From an uncultured Gammaproteobacteria bacterium (GTDB taxonomy: Bacteria > Pseudomonadota > Gammaproteobacteria > SZUA-229), in contig CALLCZ010000037.1 of NCBI GenBank assembly GCA_937998645.1, positions 19,287 through 83,286 of the forward strand: a stretch of 64,000 nt of DNA. The letters run 5' to 3'. Position 1 is the first letter of the stretch. Each line of letters begins with the position of its first letter. The notes beneath the pieces are model-generated. The model was given only the letters and a program-made list of their open reading frames with translations, did no database searches and had not been told where the DNA came from. The translations under genes and the position numbers were made by a program. Shown one piece after another: positions 1 through 12,656 of this stretch.

Positions 1-2193
1 CCAGCGCCAGCGGGTGGGAAACATCGGTGCATCCAGCAGGGCCTGGATCAACACCTGTTCTACCGTCTCTGCGGTTAAGTACCCGGCCGGTTCTTCCAGT
101 GGAAAACTGTGGGTCGGTCCAAGCGACAGGATCAGGTTGTCTTCGTTGGCTGCCGCCTGCAGTTCAAAATTAAAGCGACGGCAGAAGCGTTTACGCAGAG
201 CCAGTCCCCAGGCCTTGTTCACCCGGGAACCAAACGGGGCATGAATAACGAAATGCATGTCACCGGTTTCATCGAAAAAGCGTTCGAACACAATCGTCTT
301 CTGACTCGGTATGACCCCGAACACGGCCCGGGTCGTGGCCAGGTATTCGACTAACTGCGCCGAGGCTACCGGGTCCAGACCAAGCTCCTGTTCCAGGTAT
401 TGCAGTGCGGCCTGCGTTCCCTGTGTCAGCCGTTGATCCATGGTTTCGCGCAAACGCGATACCGCCTGTGATAACTCATCGGTACGTCCCGGTGCTTCCC
501 CGAACCAGAACGGTATGGTCGGCGGCAGGCCATGGGCGTCCTCGACAAAAACACGGCCCTGTTCGATCTTGAGCATGCGGTAGGAAAAATTGCCGAGCTG
601 GAAAATATCGCCGGGCATACTTTCAAAGGCAAAGTCTTCATTCAGGCTGCCGACAAACAGGCCTTCGGGTTGCAGGATGACGTCGTAATCAAACTGGTCG
701 GGAATCGCACCACCATTGGTAATGGCAGTCAGGCGTGCACCGCGCCTTGGCCGCAACATGCCATTGACAACATCACGGTGCAAATAGGCGCCACGCCGAC
801 CACGGCGCGTATGGAAACCGTCGGCCAGCATCTGTACCATGTCGATAAACTGTTGTTCTGCCAGGTTGTGATAAGGGCGCGCGCATTTGAACACCTTGTA
901 CAGTGCCTGCTCATGCCATTCGCGCCCGGATACCTCGGCAATGATCTGCTGGGCCAGTACATCCAGCGGATGCTCCGGAATCAGGATACGGTCAAGTTCA
1001 TCCCGCCTGATCGCGTCGAGCATGGCTACCGCTTCCACCAGGTCATCACGGCTGAGCGGGAACAGCCGGGCTTTGGGTGTGCCGGTGAGGTGGTGTCCGG
1101 AACGGCCGGCGCGCTGCAGGAAGGTCGCAATGCTGCGCGGCGAGCCCATCTGGCATACCAGGTCGACATCGCCGATATCGATACCCAGCTCCAGTGAAGC
1201 CGTCGCCACCAGCGCACGCAGCGAGCCCGCTTTCAGCCGCTGTTCCGCATCCAGCCGATGCTCTTTGGCCAGGCTGCCATGGTGCGAAGTCACCGCCTCT
1301 TCACCCAGCTTTTCCGCCAGCGCCGCCGCGGCGCGTTCGGCCAGCCGTCGTGTGTTCACAAAAATCAGCGTGGTGTGATGCTGCTCGATCAGTTGCTCGA
1401 GGCGCCGGTAGATTTCATCCCAGGCTTCGTTTGCCATCACTGCTTCCAGCGGGGAACCAGTCATCTCGATGGCAAGGTCGCGCTGGCGCACATGACCGGT
1501 ATCGACAATAGTGCAGGCGCGTTGCTCGGGGTCATCGTGTTGCCCGATCAAAAAAGACGCCATGTCTTCGATCGGTTTTTGCGTCGCCGAGATGCCGATG
1601 CGTACCGGTGGCCGGGTGCATAACTGGTTGAGTCGTTCCAGGCTCAAGGCCAGGTGGGCGCCGCGCTTGTTACCGGCCAGCGCGTGGATTTCATCGACGA
1701 TGACACTGTGTACGGTTTTCAGCATGTCACGGCCGGAATCCGAGGTGAGCAGGATGAACAGCGACTCCGGCGTGGTCACCAGGATATGCGGTGGACTGCG
1801 TTTCATCAGCGCACGTTCAGTCTGCGTGGTATCGCCGGTACGGACCATGGCACGAATCGGTACATCAGCATAACCATTTTCCAGCAAGGCATCACGGATA
1901 CCATTCAACGGCAGTTCCAGGTTTCTATGGATATCGTTGGACAGGGCCTTTAATGGCGATACATACAGCACCCGGGTTTCATCCGCCAGCGGAAACTGCA
2001 GACCCTCGTGCACCAGTTGATCGATCGCGGCCATAAACGCCGCCAGTGTTTTGCCTGAACCGGTAGGCGCTGCAATCAAGGTATTGTGCCCGGCCTGAAT
2101 TGCCGGCCAGGCCTGAGCCTGAACCCTGGAAGGCGAACCAAAATGCCGGTTAAACCAGTCAGCTACAGCCGGGTGAAATTGAAACGATGGCAT
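1..2193 (-). CDS. ATP-dependent DEAD/DEAH-box helicase, Lhr-like; N-terminal ~730 aa, 3' end runs off window
   Basis: Reverse-strand translation from the ATG at 2193 gives [51 protein letters not shown] (Walker A). A downstream VIVDEIHA (DEIH box) is in the same frame. The ORF is not in the track because it has no stop inside the window. All + strand ORFs here are antisense artefacts. Confidence 0.8.
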   Translation of the reverse strand, partial: MPSFQFHPAVADWFNRHFGSPSRVQAQAWPAIQAGHNTLIAAPTGSGKTLAAFMAAIDQLVHEGLQFPLADETRVLYVSPLKALSNDIHRNLELPLNGIRDALLENGYADVPIRAMVRTGDTTQTERALMKRSPPHILVTTPESLFILLTSDSGRDMLKTVHSVIVDEIHALAGNKRGAHLALSLERLNQLCTRPPVRIGISATQKPIEDMASFLIGQHDDPEQRACTIVDTGHVRQRDLAIEMTGSPLEAVMANEAWDEIYRRLEQLIEQHHTTLIFVNTRRLAERAAAALAEKLGEEAVTSHHGSLAKEHRLDAEQRLKAGSLRALVATASLELGIDIGDVDLVCQMGSPRSIATFLQRAGRSGHHLTGTPKARLFPLSRDDLVEAVAMLDAIRRDELDRILIPEHPLDVLAQQIIAEVSGREWHEQALYKVFKCARPYHNLAEQQFIDMVQMLADGFHTRRGRRGAYLHRDVVNGMLRPRRGARLTAITNGGAIPDQFDYDVILQPEGLFVGSLNEDFAFESMPGDIFQLGNFSYRMLKIEQGRVFVEDAHGLPPTIPFWFGEAPGRTDELSQAVSRLRETMDQRLTQGTQAALQYLEQELGLDPVASAQLVEYLATTRAVFGVIPSQKTIVFERFFDETGDMHFVIHAPFGSRVNKAWGLALRKRFCRRFNFELQAAANEDNLILSLGPTHSFPLEEPAGYLTAETVEQVLIQALLDAPMFPTRWRW

Positions 2194-2263
2194 GGTTTCA
2201 TGATACACCTTTTTCTGATGACTACATTTCTCGCTTTTTTCTAAATCAACAAGAAATCAAAAG

Positions 2264-2283
2264 CGGTCTGATCCCTTTATAGA
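2264..2283. repeat. copy of short dispersed motif GGGGTCWGA-TCCCTTTAYCA (see finding)
   Basis: gcggtctgatccctttatag resembles copies at 3953, 46474, 48311 and 48352. Confidence 0.5.
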
Positions 2284-2300
2284 AAAGGGGGCGTAGGCAC

Positions 2301-2530
2301 TGCTGTCCCACTTAATCGTCATCCCGGCATGTTTTTGGCCGGGATCCAGTGACTTAAGACGCTGGATGCCTGCCTACGCAGGCATGACGCGGATTGTACG
2401 AGATCCGTTTGTTCGCTAAATAGAACATTCATTCTGCTTCGGGAATTCAAGTCTATCTGCCGACTTACTATTGATTATTGCGATATGTACACAGTCAAGC
2501 ACCAGGTTGCGTCAATTAAGTGGGACAGCA
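2301..2530. mobile_element. MITE-like non-coding element with 16-bp perfect terminal inverted repeats
   Basis: TGCTGTCCCACTTAAT at 2301-2316 and its exact reverse complement ATTAAGTGGGACAGCA at 2515-2530. Flanked by near-identical 10-mers, ggggcgtagg (2288-2297) and ggggcgcagg (2533-2542), which look like a target-site duplication. Contains an internal hairpin ATGCCTGC-ctac-GCAGGCAT and no ORF. Confidence 0.4.
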
Positions 2531-2684
2531 ATGGGGCGCAGGGATTAAATTTTTGATCGCGAAAAAAGGGGAGGTAGGAAAAAAAGGGGCCGTAGGGATT
2601 AAAGTCTGATCAATTGGAATTCTGCTTAAGAGATAATCCCTGCGTCCCCCTTGGTTGTTACAAAATTCTCATGCTCAAACAATC

Positions 2685-2789
2685 ATGTTTGCGAGAAAAA
2701 ATACACCTAAAGCTGTTCCGATAAGACCTGTGAAAAGATAGGTCATAACACGTTTCATAAATTCGTCTGTTGTTTCCATAGTAAATACT
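2685..2789 (-). CDS. hypothetical 34-aa single-TM peptide (METTDEFMKRVMTYLFTGLIGTALGVFFLANMIV)
   Basis: Manual reverse-strand translation; hydrophobic helix; weak RBS. Below the 60-aa cutoff of the ORF track. Confidence 0.2.
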
Positions 2790-3056
2790 CTCTACTGGTT
2801 GTTACTGTTCTGATTAAGGGGTAAAGATGGGGCGTGATAATAGCGAGTTGTTTACGAGTGAAAAATCAGTATTTTTCGATTATTAAGTCAGAAAAATCTT
2901 TCATGATAAATCGCAGGGTTTTATAACCATTGCAGTGTTATGGTTTTGAACTGATACAGAGCTTGCAAGGATTGCCTGATTAAAAAAAAGAGAGAATATC
3001 CCTTTAACGTATCCAAGCGGTGCCACTTTCAACGGAAGATGGAGCCGTCATTTTTT

Positions 3057-3818
3057 TCATCGCGAGTAATTTGAAGTCAGTATTTCCTCTAGCTTGAGTC
3101 CGGTCAAACCATTAATCGTACGCCAAAGATAGTAAAAGATAACGAACATCATAAGCGTCGATGGTATAGCGATCACAGGGTAGCTGAGTAGTGTCATTTG
3201 TCCGAGTTCCTCGTTGAACGAGGCGCTGCCTGCCGGGCTGGTAACTATCGACTTGGCCAATATGTAGTTCATCAACGATGAAAACAGGAAAGTGCCGCTT
3301 AACAGGTAAGTGGCGTTTTGAAGGCGCGATTCAAAAGCCTTGCCATTATTGCTTTCGTTGAGTCGCTGCCTGATCATTTCGACATTGATGAACTTCGGGT
3401 TATAGACCAGTGTTCTGATCAATGGATAGCGTGTATAGGTTGACAGCAACACGCCAATGCCGATGAGCCCTGGGATGGCTGCTTCCTTGATGGCCAGCCA
3501 CTGTGGATCGAGCTGCAACAGACCAATGCCGCCAGTGAGAACGATGCTGATCAGGCCTAGCAGGGCAATAAAATTGAATTGTCTGTATCTGACAAGTTCA
3601 AACAGGCCCCAGCTCAGCGGAAAAGCCAGTGCAACGATTAGCGCAGCAGTTGCCCCGAGGTTCTCATCACCGCTGAATTTCATCAGGATGATGGAGGGAA
3701 TAACAAGACTGACCAAAAGGTCAATCATCGGTCGTGGCTTGTGTGTGCTTGTTGCTTGCATAGTCGAATCGTTGTTGCTCATGTCAATACTCGTACAGTT
3801 CATGCCATTGTAGATCAC
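3057..3818 (-). CDS. multi-pass inner-membrane protein of unknown function (start may be internal Met ~3728)
   Basis: 253-aa ORF with about 6 hydrophobic segments; no catalytic motif recognised. Confidence 0.6.
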   Translation of the reverse strand: MIYNGMNCTSIDMSNNDSTMQATSTHKPRPMIDLLVSLVIPSIILMKFSGDENLGATAALIVALAFPLSWGLFELVRYRQFNFIALLGLISIVLTGGIGLLQLDPQWLAIKEAAIPGLIGIGVLLSTYTRYPLIRTLVYNPKFINVEMIRQRLNESNNGKAFESRLQNATYLLSGTFLFSSLMNYILAKSIVTSPAGSASFNEELGQMTLLSYPVIAIPSTLMMFVIFYYLWRTINGLTGLKLEEILTSNYSR

Positions 3819-3927
3819 AGTCTCTTTACCGGCTTGTCATCGCTGACCCAGCGCGTGATGCCGTCACGTACATTAAAGACCTGCGTGTAGCCCATTTGTT
3901 CAACCAGATAACGCGCGAGTGTACTGG
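3815..3927 (-). pseudogene. rhodanese-domain C-terminal remnant (N-terminus missing)
   Basis: Reverse-strand frame reads TSTLARYLVEQMGYTQVFNVRDGITRWVSDDKPVKRL-stop, typical of a rhodanese C-terminus. The upstream reading frame is lost where the repeat cluster at 3922-3975 begins. Confidence 0.45.
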
Positions 3928-3952
3928 TAGATTAAAAGGGGTCAAGATTAAA

Positions 3953-3974
3953 GGGGTCAGATCCCTTTACCAAA
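3953..3974. repeat. copy of GGGGTCAGA-TCCCTTTACCA dispersed motif (tandem with a partial copy at 3938-3952)
   Basis: attaaaaggggtcaagattaaaggggtcagatccctttaccaaa. Confidence 0.5.
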
Positions 3975-4035
3975 TCCAAACTTGTACCAAAAGGGTCAAT
4001 TCGAGGATCGAGTTCGTTTGGTATTGCCTTTTCAC

Positions 4036-4506
4036 TCATTCATCCTGGCTGTAGTGGCCGTGCCGAACACCACTGAGCAAGGTCTTGAAGCCATCTCCGT
4101 TTACATGCACCAGATGCTCATGGTCGCCCGCCTCGAAATAGACATTGGCGAGACTGGTTAGAGCTTCATCAAGAAAAGTCTCGATCTGGTAGGCCGGGCC
4201 GAGTGGTGGTACGGCGCCGGGCTCGCAGTCGGGAAACAGTTTGGCAAATTCGTCTTCTTCAACGAGTTCCAGTTCCCGGTCGAGTTCCTTGCGTACGTGC
4301 TTCATCTCGACATAGTTGATGGCCGGGACTACTATCATCGCATAGCCCGAGGCATCCTTAACGATCACGCCCTTGGCGATGTGGTCCTCGCGGACATGAG
4401 ATGCTTCAGCGGTCTCGTGGCTGGAGCCCGTGTGCGGATGAAATGGCAATGTGTAATCGACCGCTTTCTGAGTCAGATAATTTTTTACGGTTTCTGCGAT
4501 AGCCAT
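4036..4506 (-). CDS. YbaK/ProX-type aminoacyl-tRNA deacylase-like protein (family call tentative)
   Basis: 156-aa ORF. Size and conserved pattern resemble YbaK-like editing domains. Confidence 0.45.
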   Translation of the reverse strand: MAIAETVKNYLTQKAVDYTLPFHPHTGSSHETAEASHVREDHIAKGVIVKDASGYAMIVVPAINYVEMKHVRKELDRELELVEEDEFAKLFPDCEPGAVPPLGPAYQIETFLDEALTSLANVYFEAGDHEHLVHVNGDGFKTLLSGVRHGHYSQDE

Positions 4507-4624
4507 ATCTGCTCTCCTTAGGTAGTTATTGTAAATACGTACTTCTCTACTGTCAGTTTACGCATATAGAATTTGCTTAAAGTTGAGTTAGATTAACTAA
4601 TTGGCAAATATGATATGGAGAACA

Positions 4625-4684
4625 GGGGACAGATTTATTTTTTTAGAGGAAGATGCTAGACAATAAATCTGTTCCCTTTTTTTT
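4625..4684 (+). terminator. orphan rho-independent terminator (possible 3' end of a short + strand sRNA or attenuator upstream of the L,D-transpeptidase gene)
   Basis: GGGGACAGATTTATT ... AATAAATCTGTTCCC forms a 15-bp stem with a 22-nt loop, followed by TTTTTTTT. No + strand gene lies upstream of it. Confidence 0.5.
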
Positions 4685-4829
4685 AGATAAAAACTATCCA
4701 GGTCGGATTCAGAGGCTTATTTCTTTGAACGGACCTGGCTTAACATTAACTTATGCAGGTGCGACCCTGGATAAGTAAAATGCATCCCCGTCCACCCAAC
4801 TAGGCATTACGAGACGAGAAATAATTGAA

Positions 4830-6470
4830 ATGAAAAGCAAGTCATTGAGCTTCGTTGGAGTCGCCTGTGCGTTTGTGCTTGTAACCGTAGCTCAGGCAGA
4901 GACTTCCACACAGGTGGCTCTCGAACAACTGGTCAGTCAGCTGCGTGTTGACGGGCACATCGAGATCGGCGCATCGCAAGTCGCTGCGGTGGAGTTCATT
5001 CCGGAAGTCTATGAGCGGCGTGATTACATCCCGGCCTGGGTTTCGGACGCATCGGTAGATGCCGTGCTGGAGGCGATCCGCAACAGTTACGAACAAGGCC
5101 TGAATCCCGAGGATTATCACTGGCAAGCGATCAAGGAGCTGCGTAGACGGGTCGCGGCCGGCGCCGGGTCCGAGGCAGCGGCTGAAATGGAGATTCTGCT
5201 CACAGACGCCGTGGTGCGTCTTGCCTATCACGCAAACTTCGGCAAGGTCTTGCCAGGTGAACTCGATCCCAACTGGAACTTTGAACGGCGGCTGCATTCG
5301 CCGGACCCGGTTTCAGAGCTGGGGAACGTTCTCGGCACGACGGATGTGACCTCCGTCATTAGCGAGCGTACCAATGCGCCGGTTTTCTATGACTGGCTGT
5401 GTGATGCACTGGCGCGTTACCGCGAAATCGCATCCGGAGGTGGCTGGCCGAGTATTCCTTCAGGCCCAACGTTGAAGCCTGGCATGACGAGTGAGCGGAT
5501 CGTTCCACTCCGGCAACGTTTGCAGCGCACCGGTGATCTTGCTGATGTGCAGACGGGTGATCCCGAGGTTTTCGACGCAGCGCTGAAGCGGGCGGTGATC
5601 ACATTCCAGAAGCGACACGGTCTGGCGCCCGATGGGGCCGTCGGGCAGGTGACACTGGCCGCGCTGAACGTGCCCGTTGAGCAGCGCATCGATCAGATTC
5701 GCGTCAATCTTGAACGCATTCGCTGGGTGTATAAAGAGCTGCCGGAAGATTATGTCATTGTCGATATCGCGGGATTCCACGTCTACCTGTTGCAGGAAGA
5801 CGAGATCGTCTGGCAGGCCAGGGCGCAGGTCGGCAGGCCCTACCGGGACACACCGGTGTTTCGCGATTCAATGCGGTACCTGGAATTCAACCCGACCTGG
5901 ACCGTGCCCCAAACCATCCTGCGCGAAGACATCCTGCCCAGGCTCGAGCATGGCCCCGATTACCTGGCCAAGCGCAATATGCGAATCCTGCATCACAACG
6001 GCAAGCCCGTCGATGTCAGCACGATTGACTGGCCCAGCGTCGCTGCCGGAAATTTTCCGTATTTACTGCGCCAGGAACCGGGTCCCGATAATGCGCTCGG
6101 GCGAGTCAAGTTCATGTTCCCCAACAAGCATGCGGTCTATATCCACGACACACCCAGCAAGAGCCTGTTCGCCCATAACGAACGAATGTTCAGTTCGGGC
6201 TGCATCCGAGTGGAAAGACCTTTTGAACTGGCCGAGCTGCTGCTCGATGATCCCGAGCGCTGGGACCAGCAGGGCATACAACAGCTGCTGGACTCCAGGC
6301 GCACGCAGCGTGTCAACCTGAAGGAGCCTTTGCCGGTACTGATTCTTTACTGGACGGCCGAGGCAGATGCGGATGGGCGGGTTCACTTCCGCAGGGACGT
6401 CTATGACAGGGACGCGCCAGTGCTCGACGCGCTCGAAGGCGAGTTCCGTTTCGTTGTGCCCGGTGCATGA
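4830..6470 (+). CDS. L,D-transpeptidase YcbB/LdtD family with peptidoglycan-binding domain
   Basis: Signal peptide; PG-binding-like segment HGLAPDGAVGQVTLAALN; YkuD catalytic motif HDTPSKSLFAHNERMFSSGCIRVE. Confidence 0.9.
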   Translation: MKSKSLSFVGVACAFVLVTVAQAETSTQVALEQLVSQLRVDGHIEIGASQVAAVEFIPEVYERRDYIPAWVSDASVDAVLEAIRNSYEQGLNPEDYHWQAIKELRRRVAAGAGSEAAAEMEILLTDAVVRLAYHANFGKVLPGELDPNWNFERRLHSPDPVSELGNVLGTTDVTSVISERTNAPVFYDWLCDALARYREIASGGGWPSIPSGPTLKPGMTSERIVPLRQRLQRTGDLADVQTGDPEVFDAALKRAVITFQKRHGLAPDGAVGQVTLAALNVPVEQRIDQIRVNLERIRWVYKELPEDYVIVDIAGFHVYLLQEDEIVWQARAQVGRPYRDTPVFRDSMRYLEFNPTWTVPQTILREDILPRLEHGPDYLAKRNMRILHHNGKPVDVSTIDWPSVAAGNFPYLLRQEPGPDNALGRVKFMFPNKHAVYIHDTPSKSLFAHNERMFSSGCIRVERPFELAELLLDDPERWDQQGIQQLLDSRRTQRVNLKEPLPVLILYWTAEADADGRVHFRRDVYDRDAPVLDALEGEFRFVVPGA

Positions 6471-6633
6471 ACATAAGTAATCGGGGTCAGACGAATATTA
6501 CCGGTTTTATTCACTCCACACCTGTAACCCTGATTTGCGGCTGTTTTCCTCGTATTTCCCTGGCCCCTGTTTTATGTTTATATTGCCTGTAATCTGATCA
6601 TTTCAGGGCAACCTGCACGGAAAGAATCACGAT

Positions 6634-7998
6634 ATGCAGTCTACTCAATTACTTTCCCGCCTTGTCTTCGGACTCGTCCTCGCCATTCTTGTGCAACATG
6701 TCTGGGCAGTCGTCACTGCCGGCAACAAGGCCTACCTGGTTGAAATCGACGGTGCCATCGGTCCGGTTACGCAGGAACTGATCACGCGTGGTATCGATAA
6801 CGCCGAGGCCGACGGTGCGATAATGGTTATTCTGCAAATGAACACACCCGGCGGTCTGGACCATTCCATGCGTGAAATTATCCAGGCGGTGCTCGATGCC
6901 CATGTGCCAGTGATCACCTATATCTCGCCGCAGGGTTCGCGCGCGGCAAGCGCCGGCACCTACATTCTTTATGCCAGTCACATTGCCGCGATGGCGCCTG
7001 CTACCAACCTGGGGGCGGCCACACCCGTGCAGGTAGGGGGGCTGCCTAAAACACCCACCGACCCGACCGGGGTTGCTGGCGAGGAAAAGGGCGACGATGG
7101 CAAAACCAGCATGGAAAGGAAAATCATCAACGATGCGGCTGCCTACATCAAGGGCCTGGCAAAACTGAGAGGACGCAATGAAGCCTGGGCGGAACTGGCG
7201 GTGCGTGAAGCTGCCAGTCTCACCGCCGTGGAAGCGCTGGAAAATAATGTCATCGACATAGTTGCGGATGATCTCACGGCATTGCTGGAACAGCTGGATG
7301 GCCGGGAAGTCAATGTCAAAGGCCGAATCACGACACTCGATACCGATGCCTTGATCATTGAACGCATTACACCGGACTGGCGTTCCAGTATCCTCGCCAT
7401 TATCACCAATCCGAACATCGCCTATGTGCTGATGCTGGTTGGTATCTATGGTCTGATCCTGGAATTTTCCAACCCGGGCATCATATTGCCCGGCGTTGTC
7501 GGCACCATCTGCCTGTTGCTCGCCTTATATGCCTTCCAGGTGCTGCCAATCAACTATGCCGGGCTGGCACTGCTTGGCATTGGCCTGGCCTTTATCATCT
7601 CTGAAATGTTTGTAACCAGCGGCGGTATACTGGGAGTAGGTGGCGTGATCGCCTTTACGGTTGGCTCCATTATGCTGTTCGACGATGAATATATTGCCGT
7701 GTCGTTACCGTTAATCGGCGGCACTGCGCTGGTGGCAGGTGGCTTCATGTTGTGGATACTTAGAAAGTTTTCCACGCTCAGGCACAGGCAGGTGGTCAGT
7801 GGAGAAGAGTACATGATCGGCCGCACCGGCGTGGTGATCGATAGTTTTAGCGGCCGCGGGCGTGTGGTCATCGATGGTGAATCCTGGCTGGCTGAAAGCC
7901 GTGAGCCTTTGTCCGCCGGTCAAAATATTCGTGTCGATGCCATTGACAAGCTGGTGTTAAAAGTTAAGCCGGCAGATAACACTACAGAGGAAGAATGA
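6634..7998 (+). CDS. NfeD-family membrane-bound serine protease (stomatin operon partner)
   Basis: N-terminal ClpP-like domain, C-terminal TM segments and OB domain. 4-bp overlap with the downstream SPFH gene. Confidence 0.9.
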   Translation: MQSTQLLSRLVFGLVLAILVQHVWAVVTAGNKAYLVEIDGAIGPVTQELITRGIDNAEADGAIMVILQMNTPGGLDHSMREIIQAVLDAHVPVITYISPQGSRAASAGTYILYASHIAAMAPATNLGAATPVQVGGLPKTPTDPTGVAGEEKGDDGKTSMERKIINDAAAYIKGLAKLRGRNEAWAELAVREAASLTAVEALENNVIDIVADDLTALLEQLDGREVNVKGRITTLDTDALIIERITPDWRSSILAIITNPNIAYVLMLVGIYGLILEFSNPGIILPGVVGTICLLLALYAFQVLPINYAGLALLGIGLAFIISEMFVTSGGILGVGGVIAFTVGSIMLFDDEYIAVSLPLIGGTALVAGGFMLWILRKFSTLRHRQVVSGEEYMIGRTGVVIDSFSGRGRVVIDGESWLAESREPLSAGQNIRVDAIDKLVLKVKPADNTTEEE

Positions 7999-8765
7999 TG
8001 ATGTACTTATTCGAATATTTAGTTCCTGCGATATTGCTGCTGGCCATTATCATTTCTGCAGTACGCATACTGAAAGAATACGAGCGTGGCGTGATTTTCT
8101 TCCTCGGACGCTTTCAAAAGGTCAAGGGTCCGGGCCTGATTATCGTCATCCCGGTCATTCAAAAAATGGTACGTGTCGATTTGCGTGTGGTTACCTATGA
8201 CATCCCCACACAGGATGTTATATCCCGTGACAACGTAACTGTGCACGTCAGTGCCGTGCTCTACTTTCGCGTGGTTGATCCGGAACGTGCCATCATCCAG
8301 GTCGAGCATTATTTCAACGCAACCAGCCAGCTGGCACAGACCACTTTACGCTCCGTGCTGGGTCAGCACGATCTCGACGAAATGCTTTCGCAACGCGACA
8401 AGATGAACGCCGATATTCAGAACATTCTCGATGAGCAAACCGCTTCGTGGGGTATCAAGGTCACCAATGTCGAAATAAAACATGTTGACCTGAATGAGAC
8501 CATGATACGTGCCATCGCCAAACAGGCTGAGGCCGAACGCGAACGCCGCGCAAAAATCATTCATGCAGAAGGTGAATTACAGGCTTCCGAAAAGTTGTTG
8601 CAGGCTGCGGAGGTGATGTCAAAGAACCCGCAAACCCTGCAACTGCGTTATCTGCAAACCCTGAACGATATTTCCAATGAAAACGCTTCAACGATCGTTT
8701 TTCCACTGCCAATGGAAATCATGAATGCGTTTTATAAAAAGCCATCCGGACAGGATGAGAAATAA
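7995..8765 (+). CDS. SPFH/band-7 stomatin-like protein
   Basis: N-terminal TM followed by a band-7 domain ([23 protein letters not shown]...). Confidence 0.9.
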   Translation: MMMYLFEYLVPAILLLAIIISAVRILKEYERGVIFFLGRFQKVKGPGLIIVIPVIQKMVRVDLRVVTYDIPTQDVISRDNVTVHVSAVLYFRVVDPERAIIQVEHYFNATSQLAQTTLRSVLGQHDLDEMLSQRDKMNADIQNILDEQTASWGIKVTNVEIKHVDLNETMIRAIAKQAEAERERRAKIIHAEGELQASEKLLQAAEVMSKNPQTLQLRYLQTLNDISNENASTIVFPLPMEIMNAFYKKPSGQDEK

Positions 8766-8908
8766 CCAATAAGAAATAACAGCCGACAGACCACGATGAA
8801 TCAGGCAGCCAGTTCATTCAAGAAAGAATAATCGTGGTCTGTTCCCCGATTGCCCTGGGATAACCGGGAACCCCACCTCGAAGCGATTTGTGCACTGATT
8901 AAGAAAAT

Positions 8909-8962
8909 CTATCATGCACATAGCGAAATACAAATTGCCTATGTCTCAGATTGGCAATAGCG
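8909..8962 (+). promoter_or_regulatory. katG upstream region with CTAT-N7-ATAG elements (OxyR-like half sites, tentative)
   Basis: ctatCATGCACatag followed by CTAT and ATAG elements, 45-100 bp upstream of katG. Spacing is not a perfect OxyR consensus. Confidence 0.3.
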
Positions 8963-8992
8963 TTGTAGTTTAATAATTCTGATAGTTATTAA

Positions 8993-11227
<2,235 letters not shown>

Positions 11228-11376
11228 TTAAAGGAGGCAGATCGCTTTAACAAGTCTAAATCGCTGTTAATCAGTCGACTTGATTTGATTTAAAAGGCGT
11301 GAGGATTGAAGCAGCCTGATAATAGGGGGCGGTTTTATTTTAAGTAATCTTAAAGTAATCTGCCCCCATTAATCTT

Positions 11377-11414
11377 GATATGAGTATTCATACTAGATAT
11401 GAGTATTCATACTA
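11377..11414. repeat. perfect tandem duplication of 19-bp GATATGAGTATTCATACTA (imperfect palindrome core TATGAnTAnTCATA); candidate operator
   Basis: Two identical adjacent copies. A second mini-tandem, AAGTAATCT x2, lies at 11342-11361. Confidence 0.6.
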
Positions 11415-11431
11415 AATGGGTTTTCTAGATA

Positions 11432-11749
11432 TTGTTATTAATGACCAGCTGGCCTTTCAGTATGATCGCTCGACGGTGCTTGATGACAGGCAACTGGCGT
11501 TTTATAGAACAAATGGACCGCGATATGGATCGTGGTATCAGGCTGTATGGCGAATTGATTACTGAACCGGACAGCAAACAAAAGGCCGGCTTTGTGGCCA
11601 TGAACCTGCTCAAGGGATTGCAGCAGCAGGATAATGCCAGGATCGAAGTTTCTTGTGCCTATCTGAGCAGTCGATTACCGCATGTAGTCGAAGTGCATGC
11701 CAGGGATCTGGACGATCGCGTGAATATCGAGTTTATCGAAGAACACTGA
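11432..11749 (+). CDS. hypothetical protein (true start probably internal, ~11513-11525)
   Basis: ORF with no recognisable motif and no clear RBS. Confidence 0.4.
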   Translation: MLLMTSWPFSMIARRCLMTGNWRFIEQMDRDMDRGIRLYGELITEPDSKQKAGFVAMNLLKGLQQQDNARIEVSCAYLSSRLPHVVEVHARDLDDRVNIEFIEEH

Positions 11750-11820
11750 TTATCTGAAAAACGTGGCCTGTCTCCATTGTCACTTCCTGTGCTCTGCCAA
11801 TCATCCAGCAGTACTTCCCA

Positions 11821-12656
11821 TTAGATAAGAACGCGGCGGGTTAATTCCTGCTTCTCGAGGATTTTGGCAGAGATCTCTTCAACGGATACATGGCTGGTAT
11901 CGACATACTTGATACCCTCCTGCTCCAGCAACGCCTTTATTCCTCTGACCTCTTTCTGGCATTGCGCCAGCGAGGCGTACTCGCTGCCCGGTCGGCGCAG
12001 TTCCCTGATATTTCGCAACCGGTCTGGGCTGATGATCAGTCCGAACAGTTTTTCCCTGTACGGTTCCAGCACAGCCGGCAGCTTTTGAAAGTTGACGTCA
12101 ACCTCGGTCAACGGATAGTTGGCGGCGCGTATTGCGTACTGCAGGCCAAGATATAGACAGGTCGGTGTCTTGCCGCTGCGGGATGCACCGATGAGTATGA
12201 TCTCGGCGTTGTCGAAATGTTTTGCCGTTATTCCGTCATCATTGAGCAGGGCATAGTTAACCGCATCGATGCGCTGCATGTAGACGGCTTCGTCACTGAT
12301 GCCGTGCGACAACCCGGATGTGTGCGTCGAATGCGTACCCAGTACCTTTTCCAGCGGCATGATGAAGGCATCGAAAAAGTCGATGATATGGGCGTCACAT
12401 TCGGCAATGATCGGCTTGTAGTCATCCTTCACCATGGTGCTGAATACGATCGGGCGCAGTCCGCTTTTTTCCCCGGCGTCACAAATCTGCTTCAGCGCCT
12501 TTCTGGCCTTGTCTGTCGAAGTGATGAACGGCAGCGAGTAGTATTCAAAGTCGATCAGGTTGAATTGCGTCAGCAAAGCGTGACCGAGTGTTTCAGAAGT
12601 GATGCCTGTGCGGTCAGAAACAAAAAAGACCGGACGTTTGTATTTACTGTCAGCCA
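11821..12656 (-). CDS. ppsR: PEP synthase regulatory protein PpsR (bifunctional kinase/pyrophosphorylase, DUF299)
   Basis: [23 protein letters not shown] and [10 protein letters not shown]-loop. Probable GTG start at 12656 overlapping the ppsA stop in a GTGGCTGA junction. The ATG at 12696 lies inside ppsA. Confidence 0.85.

Noticed and set aside
532-1953. Chain of + strand ORFs (532-1197, 887-1378, 1258-1623, 1511-1873, 1654-1953) with no recognisable motifs
   Set aside because: They are antisense shadows of the minus-strand Lhr-like helicase (Walker A and DEIH read cleanly on the other strand). High GC generates long open antisense frames.
8786-8841. Inverted repeat CAGACCACGAT...ATCGTGGTCTG after the stomatin gene as an intrinsic terminator
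   Set aside because: The stem is good but the loop is 33 nt and no T-run follows. It may still act as a structure, but it was not called a terminator.
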